The position numbers and the translations under genes were made by a program. Below, piece by piece: positions 48,653 to 62,800 of a DNA stretch of 64,000 nucleotides (its first letter is position 1; the number at the start of each line of letters is the position of its first letter). The notes under the pieces are model-generated. The model was not told where the DNA came from. It saw only the letters and a program-made list of their open reading frames with translations, and made no database searches. This DNA is from Podarcis tiliguerta (Eukaryota). The stretch is taken from NCBI GenBank assembly GCA_965153285.1, contig OZ229111.1; one strand, given 5' to 3'.

Positions 48653-50989
48653 TTGGAGGTGGTTTATTTTGCTTTATTGCCGTTTGATGTGTGTGTGTGT
48701 TTCCAGGATGAAGGCTCAATAAACAGATTTGTTTGCAGTGAGAATGGACAACACCAGCTATTTATCGAGCATTCATTCCAAGCTGTTTGGAGGGATGTTA
48801 GATGACATTGCATCAAAACAAGTGTTATCGCACACTTCCCAGTGCATTTTTTCTTGTTACTTTTGGGGAAGCAGATTTGTAGCACAGCACCTCCCAATCA
48901 GCTATCATTGTGCAACATGAGTTTTCTGTTTGTGACTGAATCCCACCCCAAAATGGTGCCAGACTGAAAGTGTTGTAGTTTTTGTATGTGGTTTGATGCC
49001 CCCCTCCCCCTTTTTTTCCTGACCAGGGGAAAAGTCTTATGAGTAGCAGCTATGCAAACATGTTGGGAAATCCTCTACCCACCTAATTTTTAGAAACATT
49101 TTCCAGACGATCAGTATTTGGACTGGCTTTTAATAGCTTGAGCTATGCAGTTATTGGATAATCCATACACGTTGTTTAAGCATCTTAATGGTGTTTATTT
49201 GTGTGTTACAGTATGTTGATTGTTTTAGTATTGTTATGCCAAACAGGGAGGCTAAAAATAAAAATCTGTTTTAAAATGAAGAAATAGCTCAAGCTACTAA
49301 GACTGAGAATATGCAAGGATAATTTGCCAATAAACAATAAAAGAGAATGACTTCATAATCATCTTCAGAATTGGACTTCACTCCATGGTTGAAGCTGGAA
49401 TTAGTTTTGTCCACTAAAAGCGAGAACTGAACAAATATATAGTTCTATTTCAAATATTAAGTTGCTTGTGAGTCCTATTTTAGCCTATGGTTCCCCCTAG
49501 GTTTTCTTTAGAGGGAATAGTTCGTCTTAGCTGCCCTGCTGTTTTAGTTCAAGCAGAAACTCCTTAAGCAGCAACATATGGCTCCACATTAGAGTTGATC
49601 AACCTTTAGAGTGCATAAAGGCTGGGACACTGTTATCTGGTGCGGTCTCTTAAGGTACATTAAATAATTTCACCCTGCCACTGACCTGTAGGTAGTGTTA
49701 GCAAAATTCAAGCTTGCTGTGGAGGAATAAAAGTGATAGTAGCAGTCTGATCTAGAAACAATTTGACATTATCAGTTAGTTGCATTTTGATGAGATAAAT
49801 TCAGCCTAAGTTGACCTACCCACATGATGAAGCAACCTTGTGACTTTTCTGTAAGCCTTAAGGTATCAGCCTCATTCTGTCTTCATAAAGCAATGACATT
49901 GTGATTTGTTCTCTGAACAGAAATAATGAAAACGCTTGCATGACCACTTCCCTTTCCAACAAAATGGTGGACAATGCCAGCAATTTCCACTTCACAATGA
50001 TAGCCCTGAGGCTCCACTATTTATCAAGCAGCCGCACTCATCGACATCTACCATTCTGAGTTGGAATAAGTCCATTTTCTGTTTGCTGTGCACTTAAGAC
50101 ACTACTCTACAGACCTGCCTGTAAGCAGCACTTCCTATACTTAGACAGTACACTGGTAACAGACTATGAACCTGCCTGGCTGTAAATTAGGGACTCCCAA
50201 AGTAAACAAGCAGATAGCTTTGGCTGAAGATACCTCATTCTAGGAGTGAAAAAAGTCAACGAAACAAAGATAACAACATATAATGTAATATTGATCAATA
50301 AAATATGCTTAGCCAGCCTCCAAGCGGCACTTCCCATCACCAGGCAGCAGTTTGCAGCGAGACTGATAACAGAGCATATGCCTGCCTGTTCACAAATTAG
50401 GGATTCTCCAGACCTACAGAGGTCTATGTTGGTGGTAGTACAGTACTCTAAAGGGTCATCTTTCATCCCTTGGGGCTGTGTTGTTCATTCAAATAAGGGA
50501 GATCTGGCCTCCCTTATCAGCCCATCTTCCAGAGACATATGGCCAGTCTCTCCTCATAGTCCTACTTCCCCATAGTCCTTGTAGTCTCCTACTGTAACTG
50601 TAGCATTTGTCCTAGAGAGCAAGCGGAGAGGGCAGCAGCTGCAGAAACTCCCCCTCTTCATCCTTGGTTTTCATTGCCTATTAATGCAGCCAAATTGAAG
50701 GCTAATTCTCAAAGTTAAAAGCAACCTTGCCCAGCTGCGCCATAACACTAAGCGCCATTGACAGCCCCCTGTCGTAGCTGCCATGTCAGCTTTGTAGGCT
50801 CAGCCACTGGGTGCTGAGCAACTGGAGGGGGCTAGCAGACCTGTCAGGACGCCTCCTTTCTAGGACACAATAATGCCTTGGTAATCGGCAGCATACCCCT
50901 ATCAGCCCACAGGGCTATTGTCATCCTTATGACAGGGCAGCTGTATTAGAATGTAGGCTTCCAGCTCTGTATTTATTGTTTTCTTGCTG

Positions 50990-51165
50990 ACTTTCAGAGG
51001 CAATAATGTTTCTGAATGCCAGTTGCTGGAAACTGCAGGGTGGGGAGAGTGCTCTTGTGCTGGGTCCTGCTTGCGAGTTTCTCACAGGCTTTTGGTTGGC
51101 CACTGTGAGAACACGATGCTGGACCAGATGTGTCATTGACCCGATCCATCAGGGCTCTACTTATC
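50990..51165 (+). mobile_element. LINE (CR1-like) 3'-end fragment; related copies at ~25830-25965 (+), ~52530-52715 (+) and ~5100-5480 (-)
   Basis: Shared core ggccactgtgagaacaggatgctggactagatggg..tgatccagca among the copies. Confidence 0.6.
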
Positions 51166-53833
51166 TTCCACCCGACTCTTGACTGTCTTGGTTCTTTAGG
51201 TCTCAATCCATAAACCATAAGCCTCCTGTTTACCTCCAGGTTTTTATTCTCTGAGAGTTATGTGGAATGCCATGCTTTGGTGAAGGAGCTGCACATTGGT
51301 TTGCCATTTGTTCACAAGAGCACACCAGCCAATGGAACTGGCTAACCACCCATTTCCTAACAGCGCATAATACTGTAATTTATAGCCTCAGCTTCTCACC
51401 TGAGCAACACATGTGTATATCATAGCCACAGGCCTACTTTTCTAATGTGTTCTAGTTAGTGCTCCCCCCCCCCGAAAAATAGGTGCCGGTACCTGCCATG
51501 AGGTTATTACAGTAAGTACCACACTTTTTAACAAAAAGAGGTGCTGGTACCTGAGTACCCCCTGGGAAAACCAACAACCACTGATTCTAATGATGGTTTT
51601 GCATCACGTATATAAACAAGAGAGAACGTGATGCATGTTAAAAGTGGAACGAAGTCCTGGGAGAAGAGGCTACACTAGGTGATTTTCCTATTCTATAGCT
51701 TGGATTCAAAGGGCTAACAAGGAGGAGCCTGTCCACAGCATATGGCTAGATCTGAGGTCCCTGTTTTTCTGAGCACAGCCTTCTGTGCTGGGCAATTCCA
51801 ACCCTTTTGGGTGTTTGAGGTGTTCTTTCAGTACAGCAAACCTTAGAATATGTGCAGGCTCACTTGCACACACCTAGGAGGCACTTTGGATCCTGGCCTG
51901 TGGTTCTAGTTTGTAAAGCACCATCAGCAGTGGGTAATCCTTTGAAAAGGGGGATAAAGAACAGTCTTTGTGAAGAGGGTTAAAATTCTCTGGAAAAGCA
52001 TCTATATGCCACTGCAAAGCGCCAGACGAAGGGCAATGGCAGTTGCTGTCCGGTTGATTTGGCTGTTTCCTTATGAGAGAAGAGAAGAACTGCAAAGAGC
52101 AGCTGTGAGCCTTGTTGTCTGTCACCACTGATTTTGCTTACATGTCTGTATGCATCCTCCTTCAGTTGCAGCCACTGCTGGATGATACGCCTTTCATTGC
52201 CTTACACTTTCCTGAATATCTTCTTGAAACAGACTGGACTTGTCATTTGTAGGACCCTGCACAGGCCACACAACTGTATCTGAGTTAAGAAAGGCACTGT
52301 GAACTAATGATGCTCAGTGCAATATTACAAATGTCTACTGTCATTTTGAGTGCCTGGTGAGGCAGAATTTGGCCACTGGTAGGTTCTCATCGCACGACCC
52401 TGGTCCTTGCTCTGAAATTAATTGAGCCTTTTTGAAAGCTCTGCCCAGGAATTCTACACAGTAAGCCTTCTCTCTTCCACCCATGGCTGGCGACGTTTTT
52501 ATCCCAACCTTCTGCCAAATTGAAGTCCAGCATATATGGGTATCTCTCTGAATGCCAGGTGCTGGGAGGGGGAGGAATAATAAGAGCTGGGGGCTGCCAC
52601 CATTATCTGTGTGTGTGGTTTTCCCAAAAGCATTTGGCTAGCCATTGTGGGAAATGGACTCACTGTGCTAATGGACTTTAGTCTGATCCAGTTAGGCAAG
52701 TCTTAGATTTTTATGGGACACAGTCCTCCCAGCCAGTGTCAGCCAGATACATTTTGCTGCCTGAGGAAAAGAACAAGGTGGTACTCCTGCCCATTCCACA
52801 TACGGAAGCTAACTGGAATGGCCCTTGCAACGACTTCAACACTGGTTTCACTGCACAGCAGAGTAGCTTAGAGGATGCAGGGTAGATTACATGGCACACA
52901 CAGCTCTGTCCACTCAGCACCCTCAGCAACTACGGCCTGAGTTGCCCCTCTCATTCTGCCTAAGGATAGGGCCAGCTCTGCTGCAAGCATTAAGTCCATT
53001 TGGATATCCACTGGATCACACTGGTGCTTTACTAACTAACTGATCCCAATCCACTGAGTGCATTTGCTTCCTGGCAAGTATTCTCAAGACTTCAACCTAC
53101 GAAGGAAAAGTGTCAGAACTGTATGATGCATAAAGCCCACAGTAGCCTTTGCACAGTTGACTAATTTTACCCATTTAATTTGTCCTGTGAATTTACATCT
53201 CATGCTGCCCTCAAGCACAAGCCCCGCGTTCAGTGGTGGTTCTAATTTCTGATTAAAGAAAGTTACATATTTAGATGCCTGAATTGTAGTAACTCTCTTC
53301 CTTCTTTCATGACTGGAAGCCAGCAAGGGAGATGGGATGCAACCTGAGGCTGTCAAAGAGAAACACACACTGGCAATGCAAACCTCTAGGCAAGGTTGGA
53401 TAACTATTAATATCTTTTAGAACTTCAAAGAAGCACTTTATAAGTCTCTGTAAACTGTGAGGGTAGACAGCATGTTAAAACATGGACCAATTTGTCCTCA
53501 ACTTCCCTGGCCTAGAAGCGTGTTAGATAAAACAAGTAAGAGAATGAGTGTCAGGAAAAATTATAATAAAGATGGAGTCCCTCTGCTGGGGATAAGCAGA
53601 CTGATTGTGACATGAAGCTGCTTCGAGGGTGTGTTGATGAGAAATATCTTGTGAAACCTGAAGGAAGCTTTGATGTGCTTAAGATTTAGGGTTTCTTTCC
53701 ATCTTTTATTGGAGAAAATCAAAGAAGATTAGAGCCATTAAATACTGTGTTGTATCAGATGATTAGCAAGTATAATTTCATGCTCACTGGTTTATTGTTT
53801 ATTTTTTATTTGTATGGTTATTTTTAAGGTGTA

Positions 53834-54825
53834 CAGGAAACTGTTTTACACTGAGTCATTGGTCCATCTACAGAATTTCAGACAGGGAACACTCACAAGC
53901 CTATCTGGAAATGCTGGAGATTGAACCAGGGACATTCCTGAAGTGCCTGGAGGCAGTTGGAGGATGGATGGGGGCTAACAGATTGACATTGAATCCTGAC
54001 AAGACAGAAGTACTGTTTTGGGGGGACAGGGGGTGTGGGGGACTTCCTCTCCTGAATGGGGTAACTGTGCCCCTGAAGGACCAGGTGGGCAGCCTGGGAG
54101 TCATTTTGGACTCACAGCTGTCCATGGAGGTCAATTCTGTGTCCAGGGCAGCTGTTTACCAGCTCCATCTGGTATGCAGGCTGAGACCCTACCTGCCTCA
54201 CCAGAGTAGTGTATGCTCTAGTTATCTCCCGCTTGGACTACTGCAACGTGCTCTATGTGGGGCTACCTTTGAAGGTTACTACAACTAATCCAGAATGCAG
54301 CAGCTAGACTGGTGACTGGGAGTGGCCGCCGAGACCACATAACACTGGTCCTGAAAGACCTACATTGGCTCCCACTATGTTTCAGAGGACAATTCAAAGT
54401 GTTGGTGCTGACCTTTAAACCCCTAAATGGCCTCACCCCATTATACCTGAAGGAGCGTCTCCACTCCCTTCTTTCTGCCCGGACACTGAAGTCCAGCTCC
54501 GAGGGCCTTCTGGCAGTTCCCTCCCTGCAAGAAGTGAGGTCACGAGGCAGAGGGCCTTTTCAGTGGTGGCGCCCGTTCAGTGGAATGCCCTCCCATCAGA
54601 TGTCAAGGAAATAATCAACTATCTGACTTTTAGAAGACATCTGAAGGCAGCCCTGTTTAGGGAAGTTTTTAATGTTTGATGTTTTATTCTGTTTTAAATC
54701 TGTTGGGAGCTGCCCAGAGTGGCTGGGGAAACCCAGCCGGATGGGCAGGGTATAAATAATAAATTGATGATGATGATGATTCCACATGCAACATAGATGC
54801 TCTTCCAGTGACAATTACTACAGCT
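53834..54825 (-). mobile_element. Degraded Squam3-like tRNA SINE interrupted by the L2 insertion
   Basis: Left part ...ctggagattgaaccagggacattcc continues after the L2 tail as acatgcaacatagatgctcttccagtga, the reverse complement of a tRNA-type SINE head. Confidence 0.6.
53939..54778 (+). mobile_element. 5'-truncated L2-clade LINE (degenerate RT C-terminus plus 3' tail)
   Basis: WMGANRLTLNPDKTEVL, RLDYCN, QNAAARL, DHITLVLKDLHWLP across frameshifts; taaataataaat(tga)n tail; possible TSD attcc. Confidence 0.9.
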
Positions 54826-56698
54826 AGTCATGACAATTAAGTGCCCCAGAATGCCTTTCCCATCAGCCCCTCTGCTTTGGTAACATACTGCCTGATGTAG
54901 AAGGAGTTCTGGATAACGTGAAAACTTAACATGAACTTTTAAGAATGTTGGTATCATCTTGAGTGCCCTCCTATTATTTGGTTGGCTAAGAAATGTTTGC
55001 ATTGTTGTCACTAAGCCTACTGTGGAGGTATCATGCATGCAGAAGAATACAGTTCAAACTCCAGAACTGGCATTCTGCTATATGCCCTGTCAAGTGGATT
55101 CCCTAGTAGGCTTCATTTTTCCTTGGTCTGTATGGGTGAAAAATAGTTTTGTATTCAGTTTGGCATCCTTGGATGGAGAAGGGAGGAACCCAGGCCAGCT
55201 GCTGCCATTCAGCCGGGAATACGTTCAGTTGAAGGTTCTGCAACCTTTGAGCCTGGGTTTTGTGCATGACGGGGTTGTGCAAGGAGTTGGCTTGAACAGA
55301 AGTCATGTGAGACAAAGAGATGACAGATCATTTGTGGACCTGGGGACTTAAAAGGGTTGGTTGTGGTGTGGGAAGAACCTTAACAACTATTATCAACCCA
55401 TTTTGGTTCTACACACAAGTTGTGTTCCTGATGTTTCCATGCTGTGTGTGTTTTGTGTCACATCCGCATCCTAACCACGAGCTCGGTTGCATTACCGGTA
55501 GGCAAAAATTTCCATTATTTCTCCCAACCAGGCAGCCTTCTGTGAAATCTCAGCATGGTTGACCTATCATTTTGCTAGCAACTGTTTTCATTTTTGTTAA
55601 GGAAGTGGCATCATGTCATGCTACGCACACGCTCTCTCTCTCCCTCTTTTTGCAGAAACTTGTTCCTGGCTGTATAAGCCAGCCAGCTCCGTGAAGCAGA
55701 AATGACACATTGTGGCAGCTGACATCTCTAAGGAGAATTTAGCATGAAAACACAGCAAGCCTGCAGCTGGCTAGCATGCCACTAACAGGCCGCTCTGCCA
55801 ATCGAAGGCAACCAAGGGATGGCCGGCTGGGGACAGGAGTGCCAAAGAGTTTGCTCTGGATCTGCATGGCAGACAGCAGGGCTTGGGGGCCTCAAATGGC
55901 CAGATGTGCTTCGAATTCTCTGGCCCAGTTCTCGTGAGGCAACTTGGTGACGCAGAAGGAAGTGCTCCTTTTCCCCAGGGAACTAGGTGTTAGGTGCGCT
56001 TCTGCTCCCAACAGCAGACAGGGGCAGGTGGGTGTTGTTCAGAATCACCATGAGGCAAATAGTGAATACACCTGAGAGCACCGAGCCTGTAAGCAAAGGA
56101 GTCCATTGTAATCAATGGGTGTCAAGCTTCAGGGAAGTGGATTGGCAGGTGTTTGGTACAGCTTCAGCCTGCAGCAAAGAGAATGTGTAATAAATACAGC
56201 GGAAACCCTTAAGGCTCTGTCATGTGTTTTCTGCATGGAAAACATAGGTAGTGGATATAATAAACATGGCAAAATCTCTCACATAGAAGTACCACGTTTG
56301 GAGACCAGTGTGGCCAGGATTGACATTTTACCGACTATATATGTTGCATAGGTGCTGTTGCTTTTTGCATCCATACCTATGTAAGATTGAGTACTGTAAT
56401 GCTCTCTGCATGGGGCTGCCCTTGGAAGTGACTCGGAAGCTTCAGAGGATGCAAACTGTCTGCTTGCCTCCTAATGATGCTTTTAGGTCCAATTCTAGGC
56501 ATTTTGTGCATACCTTGACATCCTTCATGGCCTTCAGGAGCTGCCTCTCCCTACTTCAGCCCTGTGAATTCAGCCTCTGTGTGGCTGTGCTTCATGAAGG
56601 TTGGGTGCCAGGGGCAGAGCCTTAGCTGCAGCAGCCCCAAGGTTATAGAACAGCCTGAGGGCTGCCTTGCCTTCTAGACACGATCTGGCCAGGCAAAA

Positions 56699-56808
56699 CC
56701 CCTGAAGGAGAGGAAAATACAGGGTGTGCCTGGTGAGAGGGTAGCCAGACTCTTAACAAACTGCACCCTCTCACCAGGCACACCCTGCATTTCCCCCTCC
56801 TTCAGGGG
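56699..56808. repeat. Inverted repeat: 44-bp arms (41/44 match), 22-nt spacer
   Basis: 56699-56742 cccctgaaggagaggaaaatacagggtgtgcctggtgagagggt vs reverse complement of 56765-56808 cccctgaaggagggggaaatgcagggtgtgcctggtgagagggt. Confidence 0.95.
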
Positions 56809-59800
56809 CGGAATTTGGCACCCAGGCCTGTGGTTCCCCATCCCCATTACAGAACAACTATGTTGAGGTCAGAGGGTGTCTCTCTCTTCTCTGCCGTAGG
56901 CTGTGAAACGGTTCTGTTCTCTGACTACCCTTTGGGGAGCCTGGTTGCTGGTCTGTTTCGTGGGGCCTGATCGTTTTAGCTGGAGGCTGTTGTAGCTGAA
57001 ATGGCTGATGGATTGTATTTTAAATTGGTTGGAATTGCATTTTAAAATGTGTGTTATTCTGCGCAGAAGAGACATAACAATTTTTCGGATAACGAGGCCT
57101 GCTAAGAGCTGGCTCCTGACAGCGTAGAGTCAAGAAGAGGCAGCATGAGGGTAAAGTGAGCAGTGCAGTCCAGTCATGCGCCCCTGCACATCTTCAGGGC
57201 CCCTCTCTGCCCCTTCAGACTTTTCACTGCAGTATTACCAAGGACCCTCATGCAAACTTGTTAGGAAGGTGCAGCTTTTAGATTCTGGGCTTTGTGTTCT
57301 TTCGGTGAGTGGGGGACTCTTTAGATAGTAAATCAGAACCTCATAAGTCAGTCTTGCTGCATTTGGGACTTTCTGCAAATTCTGCTGAGTAGGCCCTGGA
57401 CCTCTTCACCAACCCCTGCCCTGATGGCACACCTGAGCAGCCCATCCCAAGGATGACCCTATTCCGCTCTCAAAATGCACACAACCTCCCCACAAGTGTG
57501 CTCAGTCATGAAAAATATTGCAATTTTTTAGGGGGTACAACTGGAGTAAAGCTTTTATTCCCTTCTTTCTGAAAAGAGCTGTCTTCTGTAGCAATTTCGG
57601 GAAAATGGGGTAATGTGAAGAGGTGATCAACGCATGGTCTGCATAGCCTGTGGTTTTGACGATGGACAAGCCTCCTGTAACTGGAAGGTTTCTGTCTTCT
57701 TCAAGCAGACTCTGACTGGATCATGTCTTCTGGGTCCCCGGACTACCTGGCTCCCAGGCGCTCCAGGGCTAACTTGCCCTTATTATGCATCCAAACCGCT
57801 AGCGTTTCTCTCAGTCGCAAACACAGAGATGGATCTCTGTTTGTTTTTTAGCCTACCAGCAAAGTGCTGGTTATGCTTTAGCAGGCCCACACATTATTTA
57901 TTGTCTAGGAAAATTGCAAAATGAAACAATAGACCTTGACAACAGCTCATTATTTTCTAGCTTATTTACAGTCATACATAGAACCCCCTATAAAATTTTA
58001 GAGAGGCAGTAGACTTTTGAACAAGAGGAGCTGCATTTCTAGCTAGATTTGTAGCTGTTTTATAGAATCCCATCGCTAACTTGAAAGTCTGGGGTTTTTT
58101 GATATAGTTTCTGGCTTCAATCTCCCCCCCCCCCCATGATATATCAGCCAATTAATAGATCAGTCTATCACCAAAGATGCTCAGAAACAGAAATCAAATG
58201 AAGGGAAACTTAACATTTTGTAAACAAAAGAAGAAGCATTATGGTATTGCAGAGTACTATAAAATGTTGAGATAGATATTTAAAAGAATAATTTATACCT
58301 TTTTAAAAAATGAAAGAATCCTAATACATTAGACCACACCCAGCATCCAGTTTTCCATAGAGATCAACCACATGATTAGCTTGATTATACGTGTATGTGT
58401 TTTCTTCCAAAGTATTTCAGTACTTTGGGCTATGCCCATGAAACATGTAAAACTGAAGCAGAGCTTTTATTGGACTCCCCTTCTTCAACATATTTCTCCT
58501 AGCTATTTGGGTTTTTTATTGCATGGTATCCTTATAATCAAAAAAGAAAGCATTTGGCATCATTCTACTGTGTTTCAGTTTGGTTACAAACCACTAAGTG
58601 ATTTCAGACATCCCAAACTCAGTGCAAGATATTAGAGACTTCCCTGAGCAAGATCTTGGTTTTATTGCATGCACAGATAGATAGATATAACATTTTTGTT
58701 GTTTTGGCATGAACCATTAGGGGCTTCCTTTTGAAAGCCATAATATGGCATATAAATTATTTTAGAAAAGTGAGGAGCAAAAGACAATTGGGTCAAGGCC
58801 AAGAGACTTGACTGCATACACACCACACATTTAAAGCATCCCAGTCCCAGGCTAGGGGAAGTGGGCACTGTGCCCGCCCTTCCAGGTGTCCCGGGACAGA
58901 AGGGCACCTGGGTCAGTACTGTGCAGGTGTGTAGCTTCTGACTGGCCACATGCACTCAGTGAAGTCGACTGTGTCAGTGGGCTGCTGCACGCTTTTGCCA
59001 GTCGGAAACTGTACAGTGTTTACCGAGATGCTTCCACTATGGCCACAAGCTATATGCAGATGAGAAGAAGGGGAAATTTTCATTCAGATATGCTGCTCAG
59101 GTGTCTTGTGAAGCCCCAGCACAGTGGGAGAAGTTGGCAAAATCACTCTGGTGTAGAGACAATGTGCAGCCCCCGCCCTGCTCCAAACCAAAATCCCGAC
59201 TTAGCTGTAGGTAAGATCCCAAAGCGCCAACTACTTGATCCCATTTCTCAGTGGCATTTGTTTGCTTTGGCTAGCTGTTTATATCGGACTGGGAGAGAGG
59301 AAGAAGCTGCTGAATTGGGCAGTCCATCAGAGTCTCCAATCTAATCCGTTTAAGGAGCTGGCTATATATTCCTATCCCATTTGGAAAATGAAAAAGGACA
59401 CGCTGACACGACCTTGTGGTCGCCTGAAGCACGCTGCAGGCAGAAATGGAATTGTGCATCTCTTTGCCCTTCAAAGTTAGTGGGGGAGCGAAGAGATTTG
59501 CCACAGACTGTCTCTGTAGAGCTATGAGGAGAGACAGCCGGAGAGGAAAAATGCTGAGATGGGGTAGGATAAGGCCATCAAGAAGCCACTGTAACCCAGT
59601 CAACAGCACTGGCCCTTGGGGAGGCATCTTGGGAAAGGGAGATAAATGCCACCCAATTTCTTGGATTTTAAGCATACGGTTTTTAATTCTTAGTGAGACC
59701 AAGGACACCAGCATTTATAGGATCACAGAGTTGGATTCTTCTACTGCTGCTTCTTCCATGGCAGTCGGGGCCCTTTATAGGCAAGGCCAGATCAAGTCTA

Positions 59801-62800
59801 TGACAATCTGCCGTAGAATAGAACAGAATCAGAAAGTTACTCCCGCCTCACTTCCCCAACACAATAGGAAGCTGAAAAGAATATCTAGAGATCTCACTCC
59901 ATCTGATTTATTGAAGCCCTTTCCTGTTTCAAAGAAGAGTTTGCCGAAGATGCATAGGCACTGTGTCTTTGGTCGCCCCCCCCCCCCGCCACCCCAGTAA
60001 TAAACCAAGTAAAGAAATAAGTAAAATATTTGCAGATATTTTTAAATTCCCATCATTTGCAACTTAGGAAGCTATTTCACTCTGTCTTACAATAGGGGAG
60101 GTGCTTCTGTCAACATGTAGACAAGAACTGTATCAGTCTAAGGAATCTAATGGGTTATAATCTGACCAGCTGCCAGAAGCAGGTCTTTCCTATACCTTCA
60201 GCATCACTGCAACATTTATGGGCATTCTTGGCACTCAGTGATGCATTCCCACCCCCATATAAGTACACAGTTGATGTTTAGTCTCATGTGTGGATATCAG
60301 TTAAATGCTGCACTTGCATCCCACCACCAGTGGCAAACAGTGAGTGCCCAGCTCTCACTAGCACAGACGCTGCAGGGGGTTGCATACACACATTTGCCCC
60401 CCCCCAAAAAAAATACCCCATTCAACATGTTCATGGACACCTCTCCGTTGGGCGCCATTGCCATTATAAAAGAACAAGGGAGGCATTCATGGTGAGTTCT
60501 GGCACCTCTTCCAAGAAAAATTGCACTGTAGGTAGGCATTTTGCTAGACAAAACCACCCCCGTGGGTCCCATCCCTTAGTCCTACTCACATGTCCAAGAA
60601 CCAGAAATCAACTAGGCTTTTCACCTTTTACGTTGCCTAGGATGGTTGCTCCCCCACCCCCAGCCATGCATGCTACATTTTCTGAGAGGTGAGGCCAGCA
60701 ATATATTTTTAAAATCTGAAAAAGAAGGGGAGGGGTAAAGGAACTGCTGTGAAAAGGGATGACTGAAGCGGCTGTTTCATGTACTCCACCTCCCGAATCC
60801 AAAATATTAAATGGATGGTTCATTAGCTAGAATTCTAATTGTGCTGATTGGGAGAAAATGGCAGGTCTAATCCCCCTCCCATAAAGAAGATAGCTAGTCT
60901 TTCAAGTTTAGCTCCATAAGAAAGGAAGAAAGAGCAGGGAAACCAATATGAAGTAATATGAATTGTGTATTTTGGGCACTCTCCCATCCTTTCCTGCTTA
61001 GGGGGAAGGCTAGCAGCTTCATTAGTATTTCAGTTTCCCTGGCAACAAGGGTACCAAGTCTCTCTTCTCCCCCCCCCCTCAATTTTGCTGTGAGTCTGAC
61101 CTCCTTTGCCAACGAAGGAACAAATCCTTCAAAGTGAAATGTCAGTCATTTCTCCCAGCTGTGACTCATTTAGCAATGTTGTGGGAGGAAAGAATTGGGC
61201 AGAGCTGCCAGGAGTTTGTGGCCTCATATTGATGTGGGCATATTTGCGAAGATGCGCAGGGCAGAGGTGGGGGGAGATTGGGAAAGCTGCTTCATTCTTT
61301 TGACATGCACAGAGAAATAATAATATTTCGGGAATTATAATAGTTTGCCCATGGCAGCCTATGGGATATATCCCGCCCCCTCCAAAAACAAGGTTTTTTT
61401 TCCGCTATGCTGTGATTCTTTTGTCATTTTTAGCAAAACGAAGAGAGAATTGAGTACATTTTGATACTAGCATCCCAGTTGACAGGCATTAGAAGAGAGA
61501 AAATCTGCATGGTTGTAGACTTGTTCAGTTTTGTATACCCCTGTAAAATCCTTCATCTCTCCCACTGCTTGAATAATCAACTTTCTCTTAAAGTCCTCGC
61601 CATTTTCTCACATCACACCAGCTTCAGGGTTCTGTTTCTCCAGTTTCAAATTTCTGACTACCCTTGACCACAGGTGCTCCTTCCTTTTCTCTCTCTGCCT
61701 CATGGCAGATTGTCTGCCCCTTTCTCCTGCTTCCGTCTCGGTGCCTTTTTGCTCTCCTGCTTCCTAAGCCTACATCAATTTCCTTCATTGTGTTGAATAG
61801 GCTGCCTCTTTCAAGACCTCCCTGAAGTCCTCTTTCTTTCAGGAACCACCCTGATGTCACTGTCACCACATTGCCTGACCTGTGCCTGATCTCACTCCCA
61901 TCCCTGTCTACTCCTTTTGCAAATGGTAAAGCCCCAGGACAAGGAGCTTATGTGGAGAAGCATTTGGACATGTCGCCTTCCCCCGACCTGCAGCCAGAAT
62001 ACACTGTTTCTTCTGTTCATCCAGTGTGGCTCTTGCTCTGTGAATCAGCAGCCCTCGTTTGTAATCTTAATTGCAATAAGTGTTAAAACAAAAAAAGGCA
62101 GCAGGCTTGCAAGTAGACATAATTTAGAACTAATTTGTGTCTGCTAACAACCATGCCATAAAGTACCTCCGCATTTTTATAGGGCCTAAGGTGATGTTTG
62201 TCTTAATTGCCGCACACAGAAGGAATTTTTAAACAATTGTTTGACTTAACTGGAAGAAAAAGACGAGAAAGCTGTGTGGGGTTCCAAACAAAGAATTTTA
62301 ACTTGTTTATTTGACTTGATAATCTCACTGATGTTGGGAGAAGGGACTGGCCAGGAGGGACTGTCATAGAGGATGCTTTGGTTATGGCCCCTGGCTGGAG
62401 AAGGCCTCTTCAGTTCTGGGCAATATTTCAGCCTGGCTGCTGAGTGCAAAAGGACCAGCAGCTTCCTTTTTTGCTCTGCATTTATGTATTCAAGTCCAGA
62501 CTCTTTTTTTCCTTTTGTGATAGTGAATTTATTTTTGTTTGCTAAATCATTGGTTTATATTGTGTGTGAATTTACTGATGCATTCTGTAAATTGGTTTTT
62601 CTCCCACCCACCCCCAACCCGGTGTTCTGTATTTTGATGATAAGTGGAGATTTGTTGTATGCCAGTTTTGCTGTAGCTCACTGTGTAAAGGCAATGACAT
62701 ATAAATAAACCCAACCCTTCAGTCCTGGGAGGGTATGTCTCTCAAAGGCGATGATTGGCCACGATAGCTAGATTTTATTTATTTCATTTTTATGGCGCAT

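Noticed and set aside
53911-54614. ORFs of 125 and 100 aa as a host gene
   Set aside because: Frameshifted L2 LINE ORF2 remnants
58886-60000. Overlapping 147-184 aa ORFs
   Set aside because: No recognisable domain or exon structure; likely chance ORFs
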